This document shows positions 27,813 through 37,443 of a stretch of DNA of 64,000 nucleotides, one piece after another. The notes below the pieces were generated by a model that saw only the letters and a program-made list of their open reading frames with translations, was not told the origin of the DNA and searched no databases. The first letter of the stretch is position 1. Each line of letters begins with the position of its first letter. This stretch comes from Candidatus Falkowbacteria bacterium (lineage in GTDB: Bacteria; Patescibacteriota; Patescibacteriia; Patescibacteriales; UBA12465): assembly GCA_026396875.1 (NCBI GenBank), contig JAPLVY010000007.1, positions 13,047 through 77,046 of the forward strand. Direction: 5' to 3'. Both the position numbers and the translations under genes were made by a program.

Positions 27813-28607
27813 TTAAAGGCTGAAACGGACAAAGGCAGACACCGTAGCGCCACCAAGAATATCCTTCACCTTTTTCTTGTCGTCTTTAATAAACTCTTGT
27901 TCCATCAAACAAACTTCGGAATAATATTTGGCCATCTTACCTTCTAGAATTTTTTCCACCATTGCTTCTGGCTTGCCTTCTTTAATCAACTGTTCGCGGT
28001 AAATATCTTTTTCCTTATCCATTTCGTCAGTAGAAACTTCGGCGGGTACTAAATATTTTGGGTTAGCAGCGGCAACTTGCATAGCAACATCAACTGCCTC
28101 TTCATTTTTGCCAGAAGCATCGATAGCAACCAAAACACCAATACGACCACCGAGATGAGAGTAAGCAGCAACTGTACCGCCATTTAATACGGCCAAGCGT
28201 TTAACTGCTAATTTTTCGCCAATCACACCACTGAGGGTATCGAGAGTATCTTTTACACTCAGACCATTCATATCCAAAGCTAATAGGGCTTCGACACTGG
28301 CCGGCTTGGCAGTCTTTACTAATTCTAAAGCGCCAGCAACAAATTCTTGGAATTTATCACTGCGAGCCACAAAATCAGTCTCCGAATCAACCTCAATAGC
28401 ATAACCTTCAGTTGCATCAGCGTTTACAGCCACAGAAACAATGCCTTCGCTTGTTTCGCGGTCAGCTCTCTTGGCAGACTTGGCAATACCTTTTTTGCGC
28501 AAAATTTCAACGGCTGCGTTCAGGTCACCACCAGCCTCATCAAGAGCTTTTTTGCAGTCGACCATGCCAGCGCCGGTCATTTCGCGTAACTGTTTTAACA
28601 ATTCCAT
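27813..28607 (-). CDS. tsf: Elongation factor Ts
   Basis: LREMTGAGMVDCKKAL, SETDFVA, AMQVAA. Confidence 0.98.
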   Translation of the reverse strand: MELLKQLREMTGAGMVDCKKALDEAGGDLNAAVEILRKKGIAKSAKRADRETSEGIVSVAVNADATEGYAIEVDSETDFVARSDKFQEFVAGALELVKTAKPASVEALLALDMNGLSVKDTLDTLSGVIGEKLAVKRLAVLNGGTVAAYSHLGGRIGVLVAIDASGKNEEAVDVAMQVAAANPKYLVPAEVSTDEMDKEKDIYREQLIKEGKPEAMVEKILEGKMAKYYSEVCLMEQEFIKDDKKKVKDILGGATVSAFVRFSL

Positions 28608-28640
28608 ATAATTAGGAAATTAAAAGAAGATTAATAATTT

Positions 28641-29324
28641 TTATTTACGAGCGTCAAGGATAGCTTCTTTGACGGTTTCTAAAATCAATTTAATTGTTTT
28701 AGTGGAGTCGTCGTTGGCAGGAATTGGATAGTTAACCAATTCTGGATTAACGTTAGTGTCGCAGACAGCAATAATCGGGATGTTCTTTTTGATTGCTTCG
28801 GCAACTGCAGTTTCTTCTTCCTTGATATCCCAAATGAACAAAGCATCAGGGAGTTTATTGAGATTAACCAAACCGGAAACGCGAGCTTCTAATTTTTTGA
28901 TTTCGCGATCAAAGTCCAATTGTTCTTTTTTTGTATATTTTTCTAATTTTCCAGCCTTCTTTTTTTCAATCAAATCAACATATTTTTTAACGGATTTTTT
29001 GACAACCACAAAGTTGGTCAGATAACCGCCTAGCCACTTACCAACGATATATGGCATAGAAGCGACTTCCGCCATTTTCTTCATTGGTTCTTTGACTTGG
29101 TTCTTAGTGCCAACAAAAAGCACACTCTTTTCCTCTTTGACAAGGGTCTGGATAAATTCCAAGGCTTCCTTCAGTTTTTCTTGACTCTTGGAGAGGTCAA
29201 TAATATAAATTCCGTTTTTTTCACCAAAAATGAATTGCTTCATTTTTGGGTGCCAACGATTTGTACGATGACCGAAGTGCATACCGGCTTTCAGCATGTC
29301 TTCCATTTTTGGAATCTTTACCAT
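28641..29324 (-). CDS. rpsB: 30S ribosomal protein S2
   Basis: AGMHFGH..RWHPKM, FVGTK, WLGG.LTN, DTN, PANDD. Confidence 0.99.
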   Translation of the reverse strand: MVKIPKMEDMLKAGMHFGHRTNRWHPKMKQFIFGEKNGIYIIDLSKSQEKLKEALEFIQTLVKEEKSVLFVGTKNQVKEPMKKMAEVASMPYIVGKWLGGYLTNFVVVKKSVKKYVDLIEKKKAGKLEKYTKKEQLDFDREIKKLEARVSGLVNLNKLPDALFIWDIKEEETAVAEAIKKNIPIIAVCDTNVNPELVNYPIPANDDSTKTIKLILETVKEAILDARK

Positions 29325-29339
29325 AATTTTTTCTTTTTA

Positions 29340-29510
29340 CCCTGGCGCCTTTTGGCGCTCAAGCTTCTGCCTCCTTACCGACACAAAAAATGGCCGGCAA
29401 GAAAATTTTGAGGCATGATAATTAATTAAATATTAGCTTAAAATATTAAAAGGCTTAGCATTAACTAGGCTCTTTTCTTATATAATACGGGAAAAATTGG
29501 CTGATGTCAA
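29340..29510 (-). promoter_or_regulatory. rpsB promoter and structured GC-rich leader (putative S2 autoregulatory RNA)
   Basis: TTGACA-17-TATTAT (29510 to 29482); leader hairpins TGCCTC..GAGGCA and GCGCC-AAAA-GGCGC. Confidence 0.6.
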
Positions 29511-29556
29511 CATTGATATTGACATAAATTACTAGTAAGAGGCTAGTTTATAAAAC

Positions 29557-29585
29557 AAAACCCCGCAGAAGATGCGGGGCTTTTT
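29557..29585 (-). terminator. Intrinsic terminator
   Basis: AAAA-CCCCGCA-loop-TGCGGGG-C-T5. Confidence 0.75.
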
Positions 29586-29602
29586 ATTTATCCAAATACT
29601 GC

Positions 29603-30218
29603 CTACTGCTTAGCAGAAAAATTGAGGCTCGAAACCAATTTGTCTATCAACTCCAGGCCCTCCTTATCGCTTTCCGGATAATTGCCTCGATAAAGATTGT
29701 CAATAAGCTTGTCGTCCTGCTTCAGGTACTCCCCAGAGAAACGATAGACGACCGCGCTATAATGATTGGCGAAAGGAAAAACAATTCTCTTTTCCATGAC
29801 ATTAGCGCCAGCTCCTTCACAATTAGCGATACAGGGGCCAAAATAATATTCAACAAACCCCTTAACACCATCAACCTCAATCGGATGAGCAACTGGTTTG
29901 TTTTCTGAAATGTTCACAAAATCTTTTGGCAAAGCATACCGCTCTTGCTGAGTTCCGATGGAAAAATTGTAGGTGGAATATTCAAAAAAACCCCTACCCC
30001 AACCTGGGCCAGCTAGATTAGCAAAACTAATTACTATTTTCAGTTTTCGTGAGGCCGTCTAGTTGGTTTTTCGTCAATACTCTCCCAGAGTGACAATAAG
30101 CATCGTTTATGGCGGCTTGATCTATTGGCTTTTCTTCAACCGAAGCTGGCGGACTAGACTTTACACCGCAACCAGTCAGCGCGAGACCCAACAGTGAAAC
30201 TAATAATATTTTTTTCAT
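29603..30218 (-). pseudogene. Split lipoprotein gene (63-aa N-part with lipobox LTGC, and a C-part in another frame)
   Basis: The frame of 29603..29932 stays open upstream to about 30059, overlapping the end of 30027..30218; no ATG for the second part. Confidence 0.6.
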
Positions 30219-30243
30219 AAATTAAGGCTTAGTTGATAAAAAA

Positions 30244-30915
30244 TTAATCTTTAAGAGTAACGAACAGATCCTCTTGTGGTGCCTCTTTGAGATGATCAAC
30301 ACTATTAATAAAATTTATTTTTACAACACCATCTTTATCAATTACTAATTTACTGATAGATGACTGAAAGACCTCTAGCGACAAAAAACCAATAATATCA
30401 GCGTCTAAAATCCCCGTCAGAACCGCTTTAATTAGATTGCCGTGAGAAAAAACGGCTACCGTCTTTCCTCTGTTCTTTTTAAAAATATCGGTTAACGCCA
30501 AGCGAGCGGTTATTTGGATTTCGTCTAACTGCTTATCCATCTTCTGATAACCCTTCAAATGTTTGTGGCGATTTTTTTCAGCAATGTGAAAAAATTTTAC
30601 TCGATGCCATTCCAACCAATCAATTTCGTTAAAACGGGCATCAACAATAATTCTCTTTCCCAACTGTTTGGCAAATAAAGCGGCAGTTTCTTTGGATCTT
30701 TTTAACTCGCTAGAATATACTCGGTCAATCTCTAAGGTTAAGAGTTTCTTGGTTAAGGATTTTCGCTGCTTTAGCCCCGCAACAGAAAGAGGCATATTCT
30801 CTGAACCGACAAGTCCCTCCAAGCTGTAATCTGGATTACAGTGGCGAATTAGATAGATTGTTGTATAGGGCTGCCTTTCCTTTGGGGTCAGTTGAGATTT
30901 GAACTGAAAGATCAT
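30244..30915 (-). CDS. Histidine phosphatase (phosphoglycerate mutase-like) family protein
   Basis: LIRHC (RHG variant), PLS..G, SSEL.R..ETA, NE, FSHGN. Confidence 0.85.
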   Translation of the reverse strand: MIFQFKSQLTPKERQPYTTIYLIRHCNPDYSLEGLVGSENMPLSVAGLKQRKSLTKKLLTLEIDRVYSSELKRSKETAALFAKQLGKRIIVDARFNEIDWLEWHRVKFFHIAEKNRHKHLKGYQKMDKQLDEIQITARLALTDIFKKNRGKTVAVFSHGNLIKAVLTGILDADIIGFLSLEVFQSSISKLVIDKDGVVKINFINSVDHLKEAPQEDLFVTLKD

Positions 30916-30917
30916 AA

Positions 30918-31514
30918 TTAACTTCTAAAATTATTAAGAGCAAAATCCCAGTTTAGTAAATTATCAATCAAAGCAAGCGCGAAATCGGCGCGACGATTCT
31001 GATAATCAAGATAGTAGGCGTGCTCCCAAACATCAATTACTAGAAGCGGCTTAACGCCATGCAAAAAAGCGGAGTCAGCATTGGCGGTTTTTAAGAAAGC
31101 TAATTTTTCACCGTCCTTAACCAACCACGCCCAACCGCTACCAAACTGCGTTAGGGCACAATTTTTAAATTCTTCGCGAAAATTATCCCAACCACCGAAA
31201 GAAGCGTTAACTAGAGACGAAAAGTCTTCTGAGATTTCTTTTTTTTCATTTACCGCCCGCAGACTAGACCAAAAGAAGTCGTGGTTATAAATCTGAGCCG
31301 CATTATTAAAAACCGATGATTGCTCTGGCTGGCCAGCAGTTTTTTTAATTATTTCTAGAACAGAAAGGTTCTCCAGGTCGGTTCCGGCTATTAATTTATT
31401 GAGATTATCGACATAAGTTTGGTGATGCTTACCGTAATGAAATTCCAAAGTTTTTTCGGAAATAAAAGGTTCCAGAGCGGGTTTCTCGAATGGTAAGTTG
31501 CTTAAATTAAACAT
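30918..31514 (-). CDS. sodB: Superoxide dismutase, Fe-type
   Basis: HYGKHH, FNNAAQ..NH, FGSGWAWL, DVWEHAYY; start at MFNLS preferred. Confidence 0.93.
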   Translation of the reverse strand: MFNLSNLPFEKPALEPFISEKTLEFHYGKHHQTYVDNLNKLIAGTDLENLSVLEIIKKTAGQPEQSSVFNNAAQIYNHDFFWSSLRAVNEKKEISEDFSSLVNASFGGWDNFREEFKNCALTQFGSGWAWLVKDGEKLAFLKTANADSAFLHGVKPLLVIDVWEHAYYLDYQNRRADFALALIDNLLNWDFALNNFRS

Positions 31515-31556
31515 ATATTTATGATTATAAAAATTTATCAATCGTTCATTAATATT

Positions 31557-32567
31557 TTAGCGCTTTTTTCGTTTTCCCGCCAATTGCCCGCAAGCAGCAT
31601 CAATCTCTTGTCCTAAGCTACGCCTGGCAGTTACTGACAAGCCAGCCCTCTCGAGGAGATCTTTAAATCTAGCGGTCCTAGCGGGCGTACTTGGCTGAAA
31701 ACGTCCAGTTGGGTTGTAAGGGATCAAATTCGTTAGATACAATGGTTTATTTAACAACTTGGCAAGCATGATTGCATCTTCATCGCGATCATTCACTTCT
31801 TTGATTAATAGATATTCAAACATTACCCTTCTGCCAGTCTTAGCAATATAGTTATCTACTGCCTCTAGAAGTTTTTTTAAGGGCGTCTTCCCGGCAAGGG
31901 GCATAATATTTGAACGCAAGGCATCGCTTGGCGCATGAAGAGAGATAGCGAGATTGACCTGTAATTTTTCACCAGCCAAACGTTTGATGCCGTTTAATAC
32001 ACCAGAGGTAGAAATGGATATTCGGCGAGCACCGAAATTAAAGTTCTCTGGATCATTTAAAATTTTTATTGCCTTCATTACTTCTTCGTAGTTCAAGAAA
32101 GGTTCTCCTTGACCCATAAAAACTGCATTATCGATGCGACCGTAGTTTTCCTTCTTCAAGTAGCGAGCCCAAAATAAAAACTGTTCCACGATCTCTTCGG
32201 CGCGCAAATTGCGCGTAAACCCGTTCATGCCAGTAGCACAAAAAACGCAAGCCAAAGGACAGCCAACCTGTGAAGAAAGGCAAACTGCAAAGCGACCGTC
32301 GGCCTGAGGGATTAATACTGTTTCTATCTGCTCGCCGTCATTTAGGGTAATCAACGCCTTGGCAACACCTTTCTTTCCGGAGCCACCGGTAACTTCTGCC
32401 TTGATCTCCAGGGGGCACTCGGAATTCAATTTTTCCCTCAGAGCGATAGGAAAAGTGGTGGCCTGAGACCAGTCGTCAATTAAATCAACAAAAACCGCTT
32501 TTTCCGCCTGGGTATGCCGAAACTTCTTTTCTTCCTTTAAGGCTCCATGCAATAATGAAATGTCCAT
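31557..32567 (-). CDS. rlmN: 23S rRNA/tRNA m2A methyltransferase (radical SAM)
   Basis: CLSSQVGCPLACVFC, MGQGEP, SLHAP, IDAACGQL. Confidence 0.95.
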   Translation of the reverse strand: MDISLLHGALKEEKKFRHTQAEKAVFVDLIDDWSQATTFPIALREKLNSECPLEIKAEVTGGSGKKGVAKALITLNDGEQIETVLIPQADGRFAVCLSSQVGCPLACVFCATGMNGFTRNLRAEEIVEQFLFWARYLKKENYGRIDNAVFMGQGEPFLNYEEVMKAIKILNDPENFNFGARRISISTSGVLNGIKRLAGEKLQVNLAISLHAPSDALRSNIMPLAGKTPLKKLLEAVDNYIAKTGRRVMFEYLLIKEVNDRDEDAIMLAKLLNKPLYLTNLIPYNPTGRFQPSTPARTARFKDLLERAGLSVTARRSLGQEIDAACGQLAGKRKKR

Positions 32568-32603
32568 ATTTTTATTAAAAGCCCGTGAAAACGGGCTAGA
32601 ATA

Positions 32604-33734
32604 TTATTTTCTAAGGAGAGTAATAACCACAATTTCGCTACGGCTTAGAGTTCTTAGCGGTGGGCCCCAGGTGCCAACCCCCGTAGAGATAATGCCGGTC
32701 ATTTGCTTAAATTTCCTTACTCCACGCGAATAGCCCTGATAAGCTAAATTGGAAATAAAATTAAAGGGAAACATCTGACCATAATGCGTGTGACCGGCCA
32801 AATAAAGATCTACTCCTATTTCTGCAACACTAGAAAATTGAATCGGCTCATGAAACATTAGAATACTAGGTTTCTTGGAATTAAAACCAGAAAGAGACTT
32901 GATCTTTTCAGCTAGATCAAAAGTCTTGATGCCATTTAGTGGGTGGGTGACCCCCAGGATTTGTAGGCCATGAATCTCCTCAAGGCGATTGTCCAAAACT
33001 TCGATACCGCTACCAGTTAAGTGCTCAACGGGGCCAGAGTGGATCAATCTTCCCTCATGATTACCACAGACAAAATGGACACCGGAAGGAGCATGAAGAG
33101 CGAGAAGTTCTTTGCTCGACTGCGAAAAATCTCCTTCGGTACCATCAAATAAATCACCAGTGATAAGCACCATTTCTGGTTTTATTTTTTCTACTTCAGA
33201 GACAATTCTGGCCATAAATTTTTGCCGATAAATCGCCCCGATATGAACATCGGACAAATGAACAATTTTTTTACCTAACCAAAAATCTGGGAGATTTTCT
33301 ATCTCAACTTTCACTTCATGATTTTCCGGTGAAAAAGCATTATAAAACCCGTAGAGAGAAAAAATCGCAGTTAAACCAATAAAGAACCAGGAAAATATCG
33401 AGAAATCAACAGGCGCAAAAAGTCCCAGAACAAACCGCAAGATGATAATTACGAAATAAGCAAGAAATGCTTGCCAAGCGATACCAATCCAAGAAGCAAT
33501 CAAGAAATAAAAGGAGGCCGTATAACCGTTATCAAATCGATTGACCAGAAACTGAGCCAGAAAAACACTAATGAAAGAAAATGACAGTAGAATAATAAGA
33601 AAAGCGTAAGGGAAAATCGGCAGAAAAGAAAAGACATCCAATAAAACCAGATAAAACAAAAAATGACTGACGAGCAGAACCAAAACTACCGAAGATATCA
33701 GAAGCAAGATTTTTTTAGCAATTTTCTTAATCAT
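32604..33734 (-). CDS. Membrane-bound metallophosphoesterase (YkuE/YaeI-like)
   Basis: Four TM, then SDVH, TGDLFD, GNHE, HEP, GHTH.GQ, G.G.WGPP.R. Confidence 0.92.
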   Translation of the reverse strand: MIKKIAKKILLLISSVVLVLLVSHFLFYLVLLDVFSFLPIFPYAFLIILLSFSFISVFLAQFLVNRFDNGYTASFYFLIASWIGIAWQAFLAYFVIIILRFVLGLFAPVDFSIFSWFFIGLTAIFSLYGFYNAFSPENHEVKVEIENLPDFWLGKKIVHLSDVHIGAIYRQKFMARIVSEVEKIKPEMVLITGDLFDGTEGDFSQSSKELLALHAPSGVHFVCGNHEGRLIHSGPVEHLTGSGIEVLDNRLEEIHGLQILGVTHPLNGIKTFDLAEKIKSLSGFNSKKPSILMFHEPIQFSSVAEIGVDLYLAGHTHYGQMFPFNFISNLAYQGYSRGVRKFKQMTGIISTGVGTWGPPLRTLSRSEIVVITLLRK

Positions 33735-33751
33735 TAATTTCTAATAATTTT

Positions 33752-35041
33752 TTAGCGGACGGCAAAAGGAAAATTGGCGTAAGTGCCCAGTTCTCCCAAT
33801 TCAGCTTCAATTTCTAACAGACGATTATACTTGGCTGTTCTCTCGCTTCGTGCCGGAGCGCCGGTTTTAATTTGACCGGTACCCATAGCAACCGACAAGT
33901 CTGCAATAAAAGAGTCTTCGGTTTCACCGCTGCGATGAGAAATGACAGCTGTCATGCTATTTTCTAAGGCGAGATTAATTGCAGCTACGGTTTCCGACAA
34001 GGTGCCGATCTGATTCAACTTAATTAAAATTGAATTTGAAGTTTTTTCTTCTATCCCCCTCTTGAGCCTTGAAACATTGGTGACATAAAGATCGTCACCG
34101 ACTAGCTGGACTTCATTATTGAAGGCCAAGGAAAAATCCTTAAATCCTTGCCAATCATCTTCGGACAAAATATCTTCAAAAGAAATAATTGGATGCCTTT
34201 CGGCTAAATCCTGATAAAAACCAATCATTTGCGAAGAGGACATAGACTTCCCTTCTTTTTTTAAATTGTATAGGCCATCAGCAAAAAATTCCGTAGCAGC
34301 GGCATCTATTCCAAAAACCACTTCTTCTCCTAAAGAGTAGCCCGCAGCCACAACCGCCTCTGTGAGTAAACGGAAAGCTTCTTCGTTAGAAGAAACTGCG
34401 GGCGCAAAACCACCTTCATCACCAACGTTAACACTATAACCCTGATCTTTTAATGTTTTCTTAAGTGCCTGGTAAATTTCCGCACACATCATAAAAAAAA
34501 AAAAAAAATGTTTGGCCCCGATTGGCAAAATCATATACTCCTGAATGTCGGTTGCCCAATTAGCATGCTTACCGCCATTTAAAACATTCATCATTGGGAC
34601 GGGCAAGGAAAACTTGCCGGCAAAACGAGGATTGAACTTGCTCAAGTACTGATAGAGAGGCTGACCAAGGGAGGCGGCAGCAGCGCGAGCACAAGCAAGG
34701 GAAACTGCGAGAATTGCGTTCGCTCCTAATTTTGCTTTATTCTCTGTACCATCGAGATCGATCATCTTCTGATCCAAATGATTCTGATTCTCAATCTCCA
34801 GACCAACAAGCGCGGGAGCAATTATTTCGTTAACATTTTTTACAGCCGCAAGAACCCCGAGCCCGTTATAACGACCCTCGTCATTATCTCTCAGTTCAAC
34901 TGCTTCATAACTGCCAGTAGAGGCGCCGCTAGGGACTCCCGACCTTCCGACAAGACCATTTTCTAAAACAACTTCTGCAGCAACGGTTGGGTTGCCACGA
35001 GAATCCAGAATCTCCCAAGCTCTGATTGATTTAATTTTCAT
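33752..35041 (-). CDS. eno: Enolase
   Basis: DSRGNPT, PSGASTG, GDEGGF, VGDDL, KLNQIG, SHRSGET; contains a suspect poly-F tract. Confidence 0.97.
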   Translation of the reverse strand: MKIKSIRAWEILDSRGNPTVAAEVVLENGLVGRSGVPSGASTGSYEAVELRDNDEGRYNGLGVLAAVKNVNEIIAPALVGLEIENQNHLDQKMIDLDGTENKAKLGANAILAVSLACARAAAASLGQPLYQYLSKFNPRFAGKFSLPVPMMNVLNGGKHANWATDIQEYMILPIGAKHFFFFFMMCAEIYQALKKTLKDQGYSVNVGDEGGFAPAVSSNEEAFRLLTEAVVAAGYSLGEEVVFGIDAAATEFFADGLYNLKKEGKSMSSSQMIGFYQDLAERHPIISFEDILSEDDWQGFKDFSLAFNNEVQLVGDDLYVTNVSRLKRGIEEKTSNSILIKLNQIGTLSETVAAINLALENSMTAVISHRSGETEDSFIADLSVAMGTGQIKTGAPARSERTAKYNRLLEIEAELGELGTYANFPFAVR

Positions 35042-35067
35042 ATTGATAAACTTATTTTCCTTAAAAA

Positions 35068-36093
35068 CTATTCAGCAACGTTGCGTTTATATATGCTGCT
35101 CTCAGTGCGGTCGATAACTTTTTTAAGAATCTTCACCGCTTCCAGGGGATATGCCCCCATCGCGGTTTCATCAGAAAGCATAATCATATCAGCGCCGTCA
35201 AAAACTGCATTAGCGATATCACTAACCTCGGCTCTGGTTGGACTGGCATGATCCATCATCGAGATCATTACCTGCGTGGCTAGAATCGCTGGCTTATTGT
35301 GCCAATGAGCATGGCGAACCAAATTCTTCTGAACAATTGGCAATTCTTCAATCGGAATTTCAATTCCCAGATCGCCGCGCGCAATCATGATCGCATCTGA
35401 AGCAGCGATTATTTTATCGATATTTTTTAAAGCAATTCCTCTTTCAATTTTGGAAACAATCTTGGCTTTACTTTTGCCGATTAATTTTTTCAAACGCAAA
35501 ACATCTTCTTCGGTTTGAACAAAAGATAAACCAACATAATCCGCACCAATTTTCAAACCATACTTCAAATCTTTAATATCTTTATCAGTCAAACCACCAG
35601 CACGCAGATTGGTGTCGGGAACATTTATTCCTTTACGAGGAAGCAGGAGGCCACCGACAGTTACCTTGGCACTGATAACCCCGTTCTTGATACCGACGAC
35701 TTTTGATTCGATCCCGCCGTTACAGAGAAACAAGGGTTCTCCCTTCTTGATTTCTTTGGCTAATTCGGAGTTATCGATGGGAATTATTCCTTCGTCTTCG
35801 TATGGTTTAGTAGAATAAGTGAAGCGATAAGTTTCTCCTTTTTTTAAAACCAAGCCCGTGCTTGGCATTTTACCAACGCGGATTCTTGGGCCCTGTAGGT
35901 CCAGTAAAATTGCTACCTTGCGGTTATTTACCTTATTAAATGTGCTGATCTGATTTTTAATGGATTTGTATTGCTCTGGGGTGGCGTGCGAGAAATTAAC
36001 TCTCACAACGTCAACGCCGGCCTTCATTAAGGAATTCATCATTTCTGGTGATTCGGAACGGGGGCCGATAGTGGCAACGATTTTTGTGGACAT
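35068..36093 (-). CDS. pyk: Pyruvate kinase lacking the C-terminal domain
   Basis: TKIVATIGP, RVNFSH, DLQGP, KIE, MIARGDLG, ATQ, PTRAE, MLS.ETA.G.YP; only 341 aa. Confidence 0.93.
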   Translation of the reverse strand: MSTKIVATIGPRSESPEMMNSLMKAGVDVVRVNFSHATPEQYKSIKNQISTFNKVNNRKVAILLDLQGPRIRVGKMPSTGLVLKKGETYRFTYSTKPYEDEGIIPIDNSELAKEIKKGEPLFLCNGGIESKVVGIKNGVISAKVTVGGLLLPRKGINVPDTNLRAGGLTDKDIKDLKYGLKIGADYVGLSFVQTEEDVLRLKKLIGKSKAKIVSKIERGIALKNIDKIIAASDAIMIARGDLGIEIPIEELPIVQKNLVRHAHWHNKPAILATQVMISMMDHASPTRAEVSDIANAVFDGADMIMLSDETAMGAYPLEAVKILKKVIDRTESSIYKRNVAE

Positions 36094-36282
36094 AAAAATA
36101 TTATAAATTATTTATTTTTCAAAATAAAAACGACATTTCCCTGATGTCTTCAGACATTATAGATCAAAAAGGACAAAATGGAAAGAGCCTATAAACAACA
36201 TAATTGGTATTTTTTAAACATTATTTGCGAATTTATTTACTCTTTGGACCGATAAAGTAAATCTTTAACACTGGAATAAGAC

Positions 36283-37437
36283 TTACTTGTTCAGCCTTAT
36301 TTCGGTCAATAAATCTTGAAAAAATTCCAGATTATTAGCCGCAGCTAGTCTTTGGCCTAGCGGCTCATTGAGACGAAATAGGTGATGCAAGAAAGCCTTA
36401 GAATAAGTGCGTAGCTCAGGAATTTTGCTGTTTTTATTAATCGGAGAAAAATCTTTGGCAAAAATGGCATTACTTATATTAATTGATTGATAAAAATCTG
36501 GAGCCTTGGCGACTGGTCCGTCATTTTTTTGAGGCAGCTTGAAACCAGAAAAATTTTTCTTGAAATAAAATAGTTTTCCATGCCTTCCTTCGCGAGTAGG
36601 AATAACACAGTCAAACATATCCCAACCCATCAGAGCGCAGCGATAGATATCTTCCGGAGTACCAACTCCTAGGGCGAAGCGCAAGGAATTTTCGGGAATA
36701 GCTTTGGCGGTTTCAAATAAAATTTCAGCTAAAAAATTGCCATTTTTATCTACCGGGCGAGCGCCAAAACCATAGCCATCAAAACCAATTTTCGCCAGCT
36801 CACTCGCGCAATAGCGACGCAAATCAACCTCAACGCCTCCCTGCACAACTGAAAACAACAAGGGCCGGTTCTTTTCGGTAAGTTTTCTTTTTTTGACCTG
36901 CCTCAAATATTCATCTTTACAACGCTTTGCCCATGACAAAGTTCTCTCAACAGATTTCTCCATTTGCTCACGAGAAAATTCGTTAGGCGGGCAATCGTCC
37001 AGACAGACAATCATGTCTGTACCAAGAATAAATTGAATTTGGATTGATTTCTCGGGACTAAGCTCGTGATAAGAACCGTCGAGTGGTGACTTAAATGTTA
37101 CCTTTTGATCATCGATGCGACCCATTTTCTGACTGCGATGGATTAAAGAAAAAACCTGAAAACCGCCGCTGTCGGATAATAACGGCAAATCAGAAGACAT
37201 AAAACCATGGATACCCCCAGCCTTTTTGATTAGTTCCAGGCCTGGTTGCAGATAGAGGTGAAAGGTATTCACCACCATTGCCGCAGTCTTTGTCGCTAAA
37301 ACATCTTTTGTGGTTGATAATTTAACGAAGCCACGGGTGGCATCGGGCATAAAAAAAGGCGTTTTCAAAAAACCGTGATTAGTTTTTAGTTTGCCGCGTC
37401 GCAAATTTGATTTTTTATCTTTTTGAAAAATAAACAT
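36283..37437 (-). CDS. tgt: tRNA-guanine transglycosylase (variant)
   Basis: TPFFMP, NTFHL, DSGGFQVFSL, QGG, DMFDCVIPTR, YSKAFLHHL. Confidence 0.9.
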   Translation of the reverse strand: MFIFQKDKKSNLRRGKLKTNHGFLKTPFFMPDATRGFVKLSTTKDVLATKTAAMVVNTFHLYLQPGLELIKKAGGIHGFMSSDLPLLSDSGGFQVFSLIHRSQKMGRIDDQKVTFKSPLDGSYHELSPEKSIQIQFILGTDMIVCLDDCPPNEFSREQMEKSVERTLSWAKRCKDEYLRQVKKRKLTEKNRPLLFSVVQGGVEVDLRRYCASELAKIGFDGYGFGARPVDKNGNFLAEILFETAKAIPENSLRFALGVGTPEDIYRCALMGWDMFDCVIPTREGRHGKLFYFKKNFSGFKLPQKNDGPVAKAPDFYQSINISNAIFAKDFSPINKNSKIPELRTYSKAFLHHLFRLNEPLGQRLAAANNLEFFQDLLTEIRLNK

Positions 37438-37443
37438 AGAGTA

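Noticed and set aside
30244-30915. Assignment as glycolytic phosphoglycerate mutase gpmA
   Set aside because: RHC variant without dPGM-specific motifs; only a family-level call is supported
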